Shown: positions 18,080 to 27,153 of the stretch, piece after piece
Layout of the letters: each line of letters begins with the position of its first letter
How positions within the stretch are numbered: the first letter of the stretch is position 1
Assembly (NCBI GenBank): GCA_019746225.1
Contig: JAIESE010000013.1
Location: 42,063 to 106,062, forward strand
Origin: Alphaproteobacteria bacterium
GTDB taxonomy: Bacteria > Pseudomonadota > Alphaproteobacteria > Paracaedibacterales > VGCI01
Length of the DNA stretch: 64,000 bases
Reading direction: 5' to 3'
Notes under the pieces: model-generated
The model's input: the letters and a program-made list of their open reading frames with translations, nothing else
Told to the model about the DNA's origin: nothing
The model's database searches: none
Program-made: the position numbers and the translations under genes

Positions 18080-19267
18080 TTAAGAGGACGCTCTACCTGC
18101 TTTATTACTTCTGGAACTGATTGCTTGCGCCTTATTTCCAAAAAACTCCGCAGCCTGTCTCAACGGTGCATCCGCTAGATGTGCATATCTTTGTGTCGTT
18201 GAGGCTTGGGTATGTCCTAGTAGTTTCCCAACAATACTCAAACTTAACCCACTGGAAACCAGGTGCGAAGCATGGGTGTGTCGTAAATCATGAAGACGAA
18301 CGTTTTGTAGGCCGGCCTTTGTTTGAATAGTCTTCCAGGCTTTTTTAATATCTTGGAGGGACTTTCCATGAACTCTTCCAGGGAACAAATGGTCATCCCT
18401 GCTTATTTCTTTCATGCCCTTTAAGAGTGTAATAACTTGAGAAGAAAGGGGGAGATGTTCCATACGATTTTGTTTGGTTGTATGGGCCGGCTTCGTCCAA
18501 ATGCCTTTCTCCAAATCGAATTGATCCCATGTAGCACTTAAGACTTCTCCGCGCCTGGAGCCTGTGAGCACAAGCAACCAAATGGCGTTAGCAACATTTT
18601 GATTGTGATAGGATTCAAGTGAGCCCCATAATTTTTCGAGCTCAACTTCATCAAGCCAGCGATTGCGTTTTTGTTCCTGGTATTTTTGAACACCATTCAC
18701 AGGATTATCCGTGCGCCATTTCCATTGGATAGCGATATTGAGCATTTTGCTTAATAATGCCCGAACACGATTAGCCATGTAGGGGGTGTCCTTTAGCTCA
18801 TGATGTAAATGTTGAATATCTTGTGCTGTGAGTTCCTCAACTTTTTTGTCAGCCCAACGTTTAAGAATAATTCCTTCAAGCATCTTTTCGTCTTCCCGAT
18901 AGCTCTTTGGTCTTTTGTTGGTTTTGGCATAGAACTCTAAATATTCCTTGGCAAGATCCGCGAATGATGGTTTGATTCTCCTCGCCTGTACCTCTTGTGA
19001 TGGATCGCCCCCTTTGGCTACATCACCTAAAAGTCCTTTGGCAATTTCACGAGCTTGCTCTGCGGTAACCGCTCCATGAACGCCGATCTTTTTGCGACGT
19101 GTCCGGAAAAATTCATTACGATATTGCACAAAATATGTCTTGCGACCTGTTGGGTAAACCCTTACACCAAACCCCCTGATCTCAGAATCCCAAACAAGCA
19201 GTTCCTCACTCTTATCTGGCTTAATGCTTTCAACAACCCACTTGGTTAGCTTCCTGCCGTCTTTCAT
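18080..19267 (-). CDS. int: P4-type tyrosine integrase (395 aa)
   Basis: The N-terminal arm-binding-type segment is GFGVRVYPTGRKTYFVQYR. The catalytic-region motifs are LHDLRHTHASHL (HxxR) and LLGHTQASTTQRYAHL (catalytic Tyr). Confidence 0.95.
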   Translation of the reverse strand: MKDGRKLTKWVVESIKPDKSEELLVWDSEIRGFGVRVYPTGRKTYFVQYRNEFFRTRRKKIGVHGAVTAEQAREIAKGLLGDVAKGGDPSQEVQARRIKPSFADLAKEYLEFYAKTNKRPKSYREDEKMLEGIILKRWADKKVEELTAQDIQHLHHELKDTPYMANRVRALLSKMLNIAIQWKWRTDNPVNGVQKYQEQKRNRWLDEVELEKLWGSLESYHNQNVANAIWLLVLTGSRRGEVLSATWDQFDLEKGIWTKPAHTTKQNRMEHLPLSSQVITLLKGMKEISRDDHLFPGRVHGKSLQDIKKAWKTIQTKAGLQNVRLHDLRHTHASHLVSSGLSLSIVGKLLGHTQASTTQRYAHLADAPLRQAAEFFGNKAQAISSRSNKAGRASS

Positions 19268-19440
19268 GTCTGTCTCCTTCTCATTGGTAATAGAAATTAT
19301 AAATCCGGAAGCAATCCGGAAGCAATTGAAATCGATTCAATGATATTTTGATGTATGATGCAAGATGTCAGTTTCGGCAAAAATCGTTTATTTATAGTTA
19401 GTTATAGACGCAGGGAGAACGTATGATATGATCAGTCCCA

Positions 19441-19489
19441 CTGACTCTTAATCAGCGGGTCGCAGGTTCGATCCCTGCAGCGCCCACCA
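19441..19489 (+). other. 3' fragment of tRNA-Lys(CTT), from the anticodon arm to CCA; probable att site
   Basis: CTGACTCTTAATCAGCGGGTCGCAGGTTCGATCCCTGCAGCGCCCACCA contains the anticodon loop CTCTTAA, a T arm GCAGG-TTCGATC-CCTGC, and the acceptor 3' strand plus CCA. No matching acceptor 5' strand (GGGCGCT) or D arm lies upstream, so the tRNA is incomplete. Confidence 0.8.
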
Positions 19490-19888
19490 TAGAAATCAAG
19501 GGTTTCAGGTCAAAGAAATCATAAAGATAGGCAACCAAGTTTTTCCAGGTCTAGATAAATGGTGTAAGCAAGTTCTAGACGTTAATTGGGGTGAAAATTT
19601 TATAAAAATGTACAAAGAGGGAAATCTTGATTATTATATGATTAACTTACAGAAAGTAGAATCAAGAGCTTACATAACGCCCAACCATATTCACTTTAAT
19701 ACCTGAAGCTATTCAGCTCCACTCTTGAATAAACCTTTCGTCTAAAATTTTAGTACTTTATTATATTTATGGGCAATTTTTGTTTATAATTTGCAAATAC
19801 TTAAAAATATCATTATACAAGCTAATTAGAATTTAAATTACATGTAAATCATGTATTGAAATTGTATTTAAATTTTTGGAGATATTTT

Positions 19889-20890
19889 ATGATACCTTGT
19901 TGTTTTCACCCAACCACAGTGTTGGTTATTGATGATCATTGTGAATTCCTAGAGGGACTCAACCTTGTCCTGTCGCCTGATCAAGCTATATATAAGTTTT
20001 TTACCAATCCTAAAAAAGCATTAGACGTTCTTGAATCTCACATCCCTAATCCCTTCTCCAACCGCTATATCCAAAATGTAGATGAGGAGCAATGGGAACA
20101 TCGTCGGTTAGACGTCAATATATTCGATATCTATCAGGAAATTTACAGACCTCATCGTTTTGATGAGATCTCAACAATTGTTGTTGATTACTCAATGCCA
20201 GAAATGACCGGTCTTGAATTATGTAAGAAGATTGCCCATTTGCCCATACAGAAAATCCTTTTAACAGGAGAAGCAGATGAGCAAATTGCTATTCAAGCTT
20301 TTAACGAGGGGTTGATACAGCATTATATTCGTAAACATGATCGAAGCATGGCTGACCAATTAAACCAAGCCATTATGAAAGCGCAATGGCGGTATTTTCT
20401 GAACTTATCCGAGGTTGCTCTTCAAGCAATTGCTGGCGTTGATGTTGTCGATCATGCCGTTCTCGATTCAAACTTCCACATTTTTTTCAATAATTTGCTT
20501 AAAGAACATAAGCTTAAAGAAGCATATATATGTGAATCAATGGGAAGCTATTTGTTTTTAACAGAAGAGGCTAAAGCGTATGGACTTGTCGTGAGTATTG
20601 CTGAGGAATTAGATATTTGTGCTGATATAGGAGAAGCTCATAACATTTCCCCATCACTTGTAAGACAGCTCAGGGATCGTAAAATGATGATGTGTTATCA
20701 TGATCGACAACGTTTATCGGAGCTTAATGCTGTGGATTGGGTTAAATATGCTTATCCAGTCAAAACTTTGGAAGGTGTCAATCGTACCTACTACCATGCA
20801 TTTGCGCCCAATATATTTCAGATTGATCAATCCAAAGTTATCTCTGTAGAGAATATCCAAGATGGAAAGAACTTTGAAGTTCAATCGTAA
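19889..20890 (+). CDS. Response regulator with an insert-containing receiver domain and an unassigned ~200-aa C-terminal domain (LqsR-like architecture)
   Basis: VLVIDDH is followed by an insertion of about 45 aa, then STIVVDYSMPEMTGLELC (acceptor Asp is residue 100 counted from Met at 19889) and ILLTGEAD. No HTH is recognisable. The listed TTG start at 19856 is probably spurious. Confidence 0.8.
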   Translation: MIPCCFHPTTVLVIDDHCEFLEGLNLVLSPDQAIYKFFTNPKKALDVLESHIPNPFSNRYIQNVDEEQWEHRRLDVNIFDIYQEIYRPHRFDEISTIVVDYSMPEMTGLELCKKIAHLPIQKILLTGEADEQIAIQAFNEGLIQHYIRKHDRSMADQLNQAIMKAQWRYFLNLSEVALQAIAGVDVVDHAVLDSNFHIFFNNLLKEHKLKEAYICESMGSYLFLTEEAKAYGLVVSIAEELDICADIGEAHNISPSLVRQLRDRKMMMCYHDRQRLSELNAVDWVKYAYPVKTLEGVNRTYYHAFAPNIFQIDQSKVISVENIQDGKNFEVQS

Positions 20891-21047
20891 AAATTACAAT
20901 TATGCGCTAAGAAGAGATATATAAATTCAGATCATGGAATAAGTAAATAACTAGCGATTAAGCGCCTGCGACAATTTGGCAGTATAAAGGTAGGTTTATT
21001 ACCGATAATTTTACAATATGTGATAAAAATAAAATGGAAAGCATATT

Positions 21048-21920
21048 GTGCATTATCAAAAGTGCCAAGAGGCAAATGTAACGTTTGCACCTATTTCTTT
21101 TAAATCTAGGAATGAAATAAATGAGAATAGATTAAACTGGCTTGAGAAGTATTCGAAAAAACTACCTGTGCCAAATTCATTTGGTAATTTCATATCAGAG
21201 CAACACCATTTAGATACCCTTGAGTTGTTTATTCAATCAACCCTGGAAACGCGCCATAGGGGGTTATTTTTTCTTCAAAAGATAATTCCTCAATTAACTA
21301 ACAAGTCTGCCTTTTTAGACATAGGTCCTGGCAAAGGAAAATTAACCAAATGGATAGGTAGAAAGTTTAAGGCTATTACCGTAGTAGACCCATGTTCATT
21401 AGCATTAGATAATATTAGGTTACAGCATTTCAAAACGGGTACTTCTTTGGCTAAAATCCAAGATAATTTTATGAACACTGAATTTAACACCCAGAGTTTT
21501 GATCTCATCAATATGTCACATGTCATTTATTATATTGAGAAAGATCATTTAATTGAAAATATGAAAAGGGCCTATGATCTTCTAAGACCGAATGGAGTCC
21601 TTGTGATTGTTTTCAATGAAGGGTTGCACAGGGAGCAGCTAGCACAGGATTTTGGAGCACGACCAAATTCTTTTGAATTATTTTTAAGAGAATTTTCAAT
21701 CTTCTATGATGTAAATATTCATTTATACTTATCAAAAGAAAGTTTTCTGGTAAGTAATTTAGCATCAATGCTGCATATATGCGGGTTACATCTGCATGAT
21801 TATGGGCAAAAAGTTGACAATAATTCTTTAAAAGCATATATTAAGCACCATTATTTACTTCCTGAAGGCAAGTACAGCATGAGCATGTACCAGAAGTTTG
21901 CTATCATCAGGAAAAACTAG
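21048..21920 (+). CDS. Class I SAM-dependent methyltransferase (290 aa)
   Basis: Motif I: LDIGPGKG. Post-I: VVDP. Motif II: FDLINMSHVIYY. Motif III: LRPNGVLVIVF. It has a GTG start, and the start is uncertain. Confidence 0.85.
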   Translation: MHYQKCQEANVTFAPISFKSRNEINENRLNWLEKYSKKLPVPNSFGNFISEQHHLDTLELFIQSTLETRHRGLFFLQKIIPQLTNKSAFLDIGPGKGKLTKWIGRKFKAITVVDPCSLALDNIRLQHFKTGTSLAKIQDNFMNTEFNTQSFDLINMSHVIYYIEKDHLIENMKRAYDLLRPNGVLVIVFNEGLHREQLAQDFGARPNSFELFLREFSIFYDVNIHLYLSKESFLVSNLASMLHICGLHLHDYGQKVDNNSLKAYIKHHYLLPEGKYSMSMYQKFAIIRKN

Positions 21921-21926
21921 GATAGC

Positions 21927-23246
21927 TTGGTGCTAAATTTTTTAGGTCGAATTCATAATAAAATTGTTCATAAATCTCAAGAAGAAGATTATCCATACTT
22001 CACGTATGGTTTGTTTCAACTGATCAGCAATCCTATTTACTACATCCTCTGGTTTTTTGTTGATGAACAAAGTTATGAGAATATCTGGGTAAGAACGCTC
22101 ATATCTCTTTCGTGCATACCACTGGTTTTTTTTAAACGTTGGCATCCAAACTATAAGAGGTTCTTACCACTATATTGGTATATTGTTTGTCTTTATACCC
22201 TCCCCTTCTTTTTTACCTTTATGCTCTTAAAGAATGACCTTTCTTATGGGTGGTCGCTCAACAGTCTCACTGGTGTTGTTTTATGTATTTTATTTCTTGA
22301 TATAGAATCTTTAATGATTCTTGTGCCGATAGGTACTTTTCTAGGATGGCTTGCACATCATATAACAACACCGCTTCCATATTATGATTTTGCTACTATC
22401 AAAACCCTGATGATAACATACGGCTCGGCGTTTATCTTTGGAGGGTTGTTTGCTCAGCGGGCACGAAAGACTAATAGAGAAAAAATTCAAACAATGAAAA
22501 TGTTAGCTGGCTCCATAGCACATGAGCTACGGACGCCTCTATCTGCCATAATGATGAACTCAGAAGCTTTATTACGTTATATGCCCTATTACCAAGATGC
22601 CTATCTCAAGGCTACAGATGCAAATTTGCTAACTAAGAAACTTCATCACAGTGAACATACCAATTTCAATAAAATACCTAGCAGTCTTCAGAAGCTCAGT
22701 GGTAATGCACAAACGATGATCAACATGCTTCTGACCAATTTAAGTGAAGGAAATGATGACAATAAAGAAGAGTTATGTTCGATGAATCAATGCATAAAAG
22801 AGGCCTTAACCGAATATCCGTTTGCTGCACCTGAAAAAACGATGGTTCATTGGGATGATAAAGATGATTTCTTGTTCCTTGGCCAAAAACAAATAATGAA
22901 GCACGTAATATTTAATTTATTGAAAAATTCTTTGTATGCCATTGCTGCTGTTGGAAAAGGGAAAATATTTATCAATCTGGTACCATCAAATTCTTTTGAA
23001 ACGAAAAATATTTTAGTTTTTACAGATACGGGCTCTGGAATTGCTGCACAGCATCTTCCTCATATTTTTGAACGTTTTTATACCAAGACCCGACATGGTA
23101 CAGGAATTGGCCTTGCGTTTTGCCAAACAGCTATTCAGGGATTTGGAGGAAAAATTTCTTGTTCATCTAAGTTTGGTGAAAATACAACTTTCACCATTAC
23201 ATTGCCTATTTTGAAGGATGGGAAACTGCGGGAAGTCGCCTTCTGA
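21927..23246 (+). CDS. Membrane sensor histidine kinase with 5-6 N-terminal TM helices (LqsS/CqsS-like architecture)
   Basis: The N-terminal ~180 aa is multi-pass and hydrophobic. The H box is SIAHELRTPLSAI, with His at residue 199. The N box is FNLLKNSLYA. The G boxes are DTGSGI and GTGIGLAFC. Confidence 0.9.
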   Translation: MVLNFLGRIHNKIVHKSQEEDYPYFTYGLFQLISNPIYYILWFFVDEQSYENIWVRTLISLSCIPLVFFKRWHPNYKRFLPLYWYIVCLYTLPFFFTFMLLKNDLSYGWSLNSLTGVVLCILFLDIESLMILVPIGTFLGWLAHHITTPLPYYDFATIKTLMITYGSAFIFGGLFAQRARKTNREKIQTMKMLAGSIAHELRTPLSAIMMNSEALLRYMPYYQDAYLKATDANLLTKKLHHSEHTNFNKIPSSLQKLSGNAQTMINMLLTNLSEGNDDNKEELCSMNQCIKEALTEYPFAAPEKTMVHWDDKDDFLFLGQKQIMKHVIFNLLKNSLYAIAAVGKGKIFINLVPSNSFETKNILVFTDTGSGIAAQHLPHIFERFYTKTRHGTGIGLAFCQTAIQGFGGKISCSSKFGENTTFTITLPILKDGKLREVAF

Positions 23247-23520
23247 AAATAATCTCAGCAATGCTCGTAAGAGAGTCAAAAGAAAGCACAGGAAGCTCTT
23301 TATTTGCTGCAAGCAGGATGAATTTACTTCCTTCAATAATCATGTTACGAACCAGAAAATGGTGAGGTTTCGTCTCATCAAAAAGCTACTCCGTTTCATT
23401 GTGGACCCCCTAAGGCAAACGTAAGGATAGATTCTTGGGACCTATAACTCTTAAAGAGTTATTGAGAGGCTTCCAATTTAAGAGGGAAATTTTGCAAGTG
23501 GCCCCAAATCCCTCGAATCC

Positions 23521-26500
23521 TCACACTTGGACCTTAGCTAGCTTTTCTTTAATTTTTTTTATATGGGCAGAATCTTCTGGGAAATGAGCTTTTACAATAT
23601 CATAGGCTTGTTTTAGGTAGTTATAGGCTTGATCTCTAAAGAGACCTTGAGTGTTTACAGTCAATGAAGCCTTTTTGAAATAGAGGTCGCCTAGGCTTTC
23701 AAGAGCTGCATATTTTTCAGGATGGTTGTTATTTTGATAAATCCCTAAAGCTTTAGATAGGAAATTATTAGCGTTATCCAATTCTCCTTCCATAAGATAG
23801 ACTCGACCAAGATCCAATATAATATGCGCTAAGAATATATTGGATTCACCATGGAGACTTTGATATACAACTAAAGCTTCTTTAAGAAGGGTTTTTGCTG
23901 TTATATAATTCCCTATTTCTCCCTCAAAGATACCTAAATTCACCTTGGCATTCGCAATTCTCATCGTATTTTCAGGGCAATATGCCTTATACATTTCTAG
24001 GGCGTTTTTAAGCAGGGGTTTAGCTTTTTCAAACTTTCCCATTTTTCGGTAAATGTTTCCTAGATTTGTTAAAGCAAAAGCTACCGCCGAATTATTCTCA
24101 TATTTATCCTTTTTATAGATTACAAGTGACTCTTCGAGTAATTTTGCAGCTTCCTCATAGTTGCCGAGGTCACCATGAGTTATCCCCAAAAGAACTAGAA
24201 TATGAGCAACCTTGAAATGAACTTCAGAAAAATTTCGTTTGGAAATCTCAAGGCTTTGTTCTAACAGATCTCGTGCTTTCTTATGGTTTCCAAGATAAGA
24301 ATGCACAATCGCTAAATGTGATAATGGTGTTAATGGTTCAGATAATAAGAAATCTTCTTTGGGAGATTGATGCTTGTTTATATCAATACACATTTCAAGT
24401 AGATTTTTGGCCTGACCATAATCGCCTAAATCTCTATAAACATTCCCCAAATAAAAGAGGGACCGACTATATTCTAATTGATTGTTGGGGAGATGGTGTT
24501 TATAAAGTGAAATGCTTTTCTCGAGGCTATCTTTAGCCGCTACATAATTACCTAAGGTCCGGTATGTATTTCCTAAAAAAGACAAGGTTCTGGCAAGAAG
24601 CATATCATCTTTATTTTTGAGAGAATTCAACGTAGCGATATTTTTTTCTAAATATATTCTAGAGTTTATATAATCGTTTAAAATAAAGTACATATATCCT
24701 AAATTTGTGGCCAACGTCGCCTTATTAGATTCATTTAATAAGTGATTATGGGTTAGAAATTTTTCTAAATGTTCTTTAAAGCGTCTTATCTTTATCGTAT
24801 TTCCCTTTTCGATTATATCATTTGTATGTACTTCTAAAACATGAGAAATATTTTTCAAAATTTCATTGTTGCTATCCAGTCTAACTCTTCTTGAAATATA
24901 GGCTAAAATGATCTCTTGTATCGAACGGTGAAACGATAATGTGGCTTCACTAGAATCAGAAGATGTATCTGTAACAAGAGAGTACTTTTTTAAATTATAA
25001 ATGAAATTATCAACAATCGTATGGTCTTTGTATTTTACTAACAAGTCTCTAGGTATATTTTGGGAATCAATAAGACTGACCAACAAGAGGAGATCTCTAA
25101 AATCGTTGTTTGTATCTATAAGTTTGTTAAGAGACAACGCAACGATCCCATATCGCGTCTTGGTGTAATCCCCTGCTTCCTTTAAAAGGGATTCTTGGAC
25201 TATTGTGAAATCTTGATTATCGTGAGTTAGGTTATCAAGATATTCTGAGTAGGTAATATTTGTGGTTTTTAAATAATAAGCCGCAATGGATACATCAAGA
25301 GGAAATGGGGGAAGCTTTTCAAGGAATATCTTTGCTTCTTCTGTCTGTGCGTGTGAAAAAACGTTTTCCTTTCCCCCACTCATAATCTTAGAAAAAAGAG
25401 CCAGTTTTTGCTGAGGGGTAAGTTCTTCGATTTGGAGTGTGCTACCAATATGCTTATTGTTTTGAATGTTGCTGTCCCGTGTTGCAAGAATAACTTTCCC
25501 CTGGCCCCACGTGGCAGAATCTTGAGGAAAGTGTGTTTGAATATCTGAAAACTTTTCCACGTTGTCAAAGATAAGAACCCAATCTGAATGTGACCTCAAG
25601 CGCTCTTTTACGAATTGGGTGATCCTGTCTTCTCTTTTATTCATAGGCTTTATATTTTGAATCTCTTTTAGGAGTTTTTGATCTTCATCAGTCTGAGCGA
25701 GAGCTTGGGATAAGGCTTCAAATGATGAATTAAGCATCTCATGAGTTTCTGCATTGATTTCCCAAATAACATTAGCTTTTTGTGCATGGGCAAATTGCCT
25801 TGCTAGGGTCGTCTTTCCTGCTCCTCCCGGTGCTATGAGGGCGATGGTTTGTATGCCCTTTTGTTCCGTAAGCTTCTTCTCTATCTTGGCAAGAAGCTCT
25901 GGTCGTGAAAGAAAAGATGACTCTGATGGAATAGCTAAATCTGAACGAATAACCGTTTGTCTTTGAGCTGTATAATAGTAGCCCCATTTATAGATCAGTA
26001 AGCCAGTACATGATAACATTATCAGAACAAGCAACCCAAAGAGAGCAAGCCAACTTCTCCGTTTCGACAAACTCTTGATACTCTTCTCTTCTTTTGTAGG
26101 AGTTTGAAGAAAGGAAGTTTTACCTTTCTGATCAAGCTTTGTGATGAGATCATCGAAATTAAAACCTGGAAAGAGGACCTTTAAAATCTCAATCAATGAG
26201 GCTAAATATGTCTTTTGGTCCAAGGAGAGAAGAACTCTTTTCTTTTTATCAATCACAAACAAAAGGGCATTGGTTGAACTTTCATTTTGGTCTTGTGACT
26301 CCTGAGATGCCTTTATACCCTCATTTTTTTCAAGTTCTTCTCTAAGGATGTTTGGAATAACATAAAGAGCATACCTTGAAGTGAGAGATTGTATCTCTTT
26401 CATAAGAGAAGACATTGTACATGGAATACAACGAGTCTCAAGTGTAACAATCACCCCAGCAGCTTTGAGAGGCTGTTCCAGTTGAGAAATGTCAGAGCTT

Positions 26501-26862
26501 TCTGTCCAAAGAATTAGAGAACACGATGGTCCAACGTCACCAACTTTTTTAGAGACTTCTTTTAGCTTCTGCTCAAAGGCAAATTGACAAACAAGTTCTG
26601 AATAATGCTGTTTCAAAAGATGAACTTTATCTGAGGCTTCAAGAAAGTCAATGATGCTCTCACGAGAATTGCACTCAAGCTTTATAGAGATGTTATGAAT
26701 ATAGTTTTCAACGGTTTTGGGAGAAAGTGACAAAAAAGAGGCTATTTTTTTAGCCGTCCTACCACTCAAGATACAGGCAAGAATGTCAATTTCACGGGGT
26801 GTAAATTTAATTCCATTTATTGAGCCTGCTTCAAGGATAGTTTTATGATTCATGTCTGTCAT
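23521..26862 (-). CDS. STAND regulator, copy B: LuxR/GerE HTH, TM-like helix, NB-ARC, TPR array (1113 aa)
   Basis: HTH: FTPREIDILACILSGRTAKKIASFLSLSPKTVENYIHNISIKL. Hydrophobic helix: WLALFGLLVLIMLSCTGLLIY (aa 271-291). Walker A: APGGAGKT. Further motifs: WVLIFDNVE, GKVILATRD and LPPFPLDVSIAAYYL. A TPR array follows. Confidence 0.9.
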   Translation of the reverse strand: MTDMNHKTILEAGSINGIKFTPREIDILACILSGRTAKKIASFLSLSPKTVENYIHNISIKLECNSRESIIDFLEASDKVHLLKQHYSELVCQFAFEQKLKEVSKKVGDVGPSCSLILWTESSDISQLEQPLKAAGVIVTLETRCIPCTMSSLMKEIQSLTSRYALYVIPNILREELEKNEGIKASQESQDQNESSTNALLFVIDKKKRVLLSLDQKTYLASLIEILKVLFPGFNFDDLITKLDQKGKTSFLQTPTKEEKSIKSLSKRRSWLALFGLLVLIMLSCTGLLIYKWGYYYTAQRQTVIRSDLAIPSESSFLSRPELLAKIEKKLTEQKGIQTIALIAPGGAGKTTLARQFAHAQKANVIWEINAETHEMLNSSFEALSQALAQTDEDQKLLKEIQNIKPMNKREDRITQFVKERLRSHSDWVLIFDNVEKFSDIQTHFPQDSATWGQGKVILATRDSNIQNNKHIGSTLQIEELTPQQKLALFSKIMSGGKENVFSHAQTEEAKIFLEKLPPFPLDVSIAAYYLKTTNITYSEYLDNLTHDNQDFTIVQESLLKEAGDYTKTRYGIVALSLNKLIDTNNDFRDLLLLVSLIDSQNIPRDLLVKYKDHTIVDNFIYNLKKYSLVTDTSSDSSEATLSFHRSIQEIILAYISRRVRLDSNNEILKNISHVLEVHTNDIIEKGNTIKIRRFKEHLEKFLTHNHLLNESNKATLATNLGYMYFILNDYINSRIYLEKNIATLNSLKNKDDMLLARTLSFLGNTYRTLGNYVAAKDSLEKSISLYKHHLPNNQLEYSRSLFYLGNVYRDLGDYGQAKNLLEMCIDINKHQSPKEDFLLSEPLTPLSHLAIVHSYLGNHKKARDLLEQSLEISKRNFSEVHFKVAHILVLLGITHGDLGNYEEAAKLLEESLVIYKKDKYENNSAVAFALTNLGNIYRKMGKFEKAKPLLKNALEMYKAYCPENTMRIANAKVNLGIFEGEIGNYITAKTLLKEALVVYQSLHGESNIFLAHIILDLGRVYLMEGELDNANNFLSKALGIYQNNNHPEKYAALESLGDLYFKKASLTVNTQGLFRDQAYNYLKQAYDIVKAHFPEDSAHIKKIKEKLAKVQV

Positions 26863-27153
26863 ATATAAATGATCTACTCAATATAATATAAATTAAAAGT
26901 TCCATTATGTTCCAAAGTGCCTTTATCCTGAATTATTAGCCAAAACCTTAGATAATATGTAAGAACATAGCCGGTTATTTTTAAGGGTATTTTATACCCT
27001 GAGGCCTCCTCAGAGGAGATATTCCGGATAAACTTCAGACAACTCCTCACATAGGTTTGTAATGCTTCTTGTGCTTCATTGCAACTCACTTGCTACCTTT
27101 GCATGAAAAACAAGTAGCTAAACTGACTTAACTTACATAGGAAAGGAAATGCT

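Larger units (their letters stand above)
4214..19489. mobile_element. Putative integrated island(s) delimited on the right by int plus a tRNA-Lys 3' fragment; the left limit is uncertain
   Basis: An intact int sits at 18080-19267 next to a 49-nt tRNA-Lys 3' fragment at 19441-19489. A truncated int paralog lies at 4214-4540. The cargo is the STAND regulator, the GTPase-like gene and the CdiA-like gene. Confidence 0.45.

Noticed and set aside
23218-23424. 68-aa ORF starting MGNCGKS, a eukaryote-style myristoylation/palmitoylation-looking N-terminus
   Set aside because: It overlaps the 3' end of the histidine kinase gene in another frame. Lys at the position requiring a small residue breaks the N-myristoylation consensus. 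The rest is basic and low-complexity, so the ORF is likely spurious.
26863-27153. Looked for a shared lux-box-like operator in the two STAND/GTPase divergent intergenic regions (8378-8589 and 26863-27153)
   Set aside because: Each region has its own small palindromes (TACGTA and TTAC..GTAA in A, CTGAGG-cct-CCTCAG in B). I could not find a motif common to both by eye, so it needs a computational motif search.
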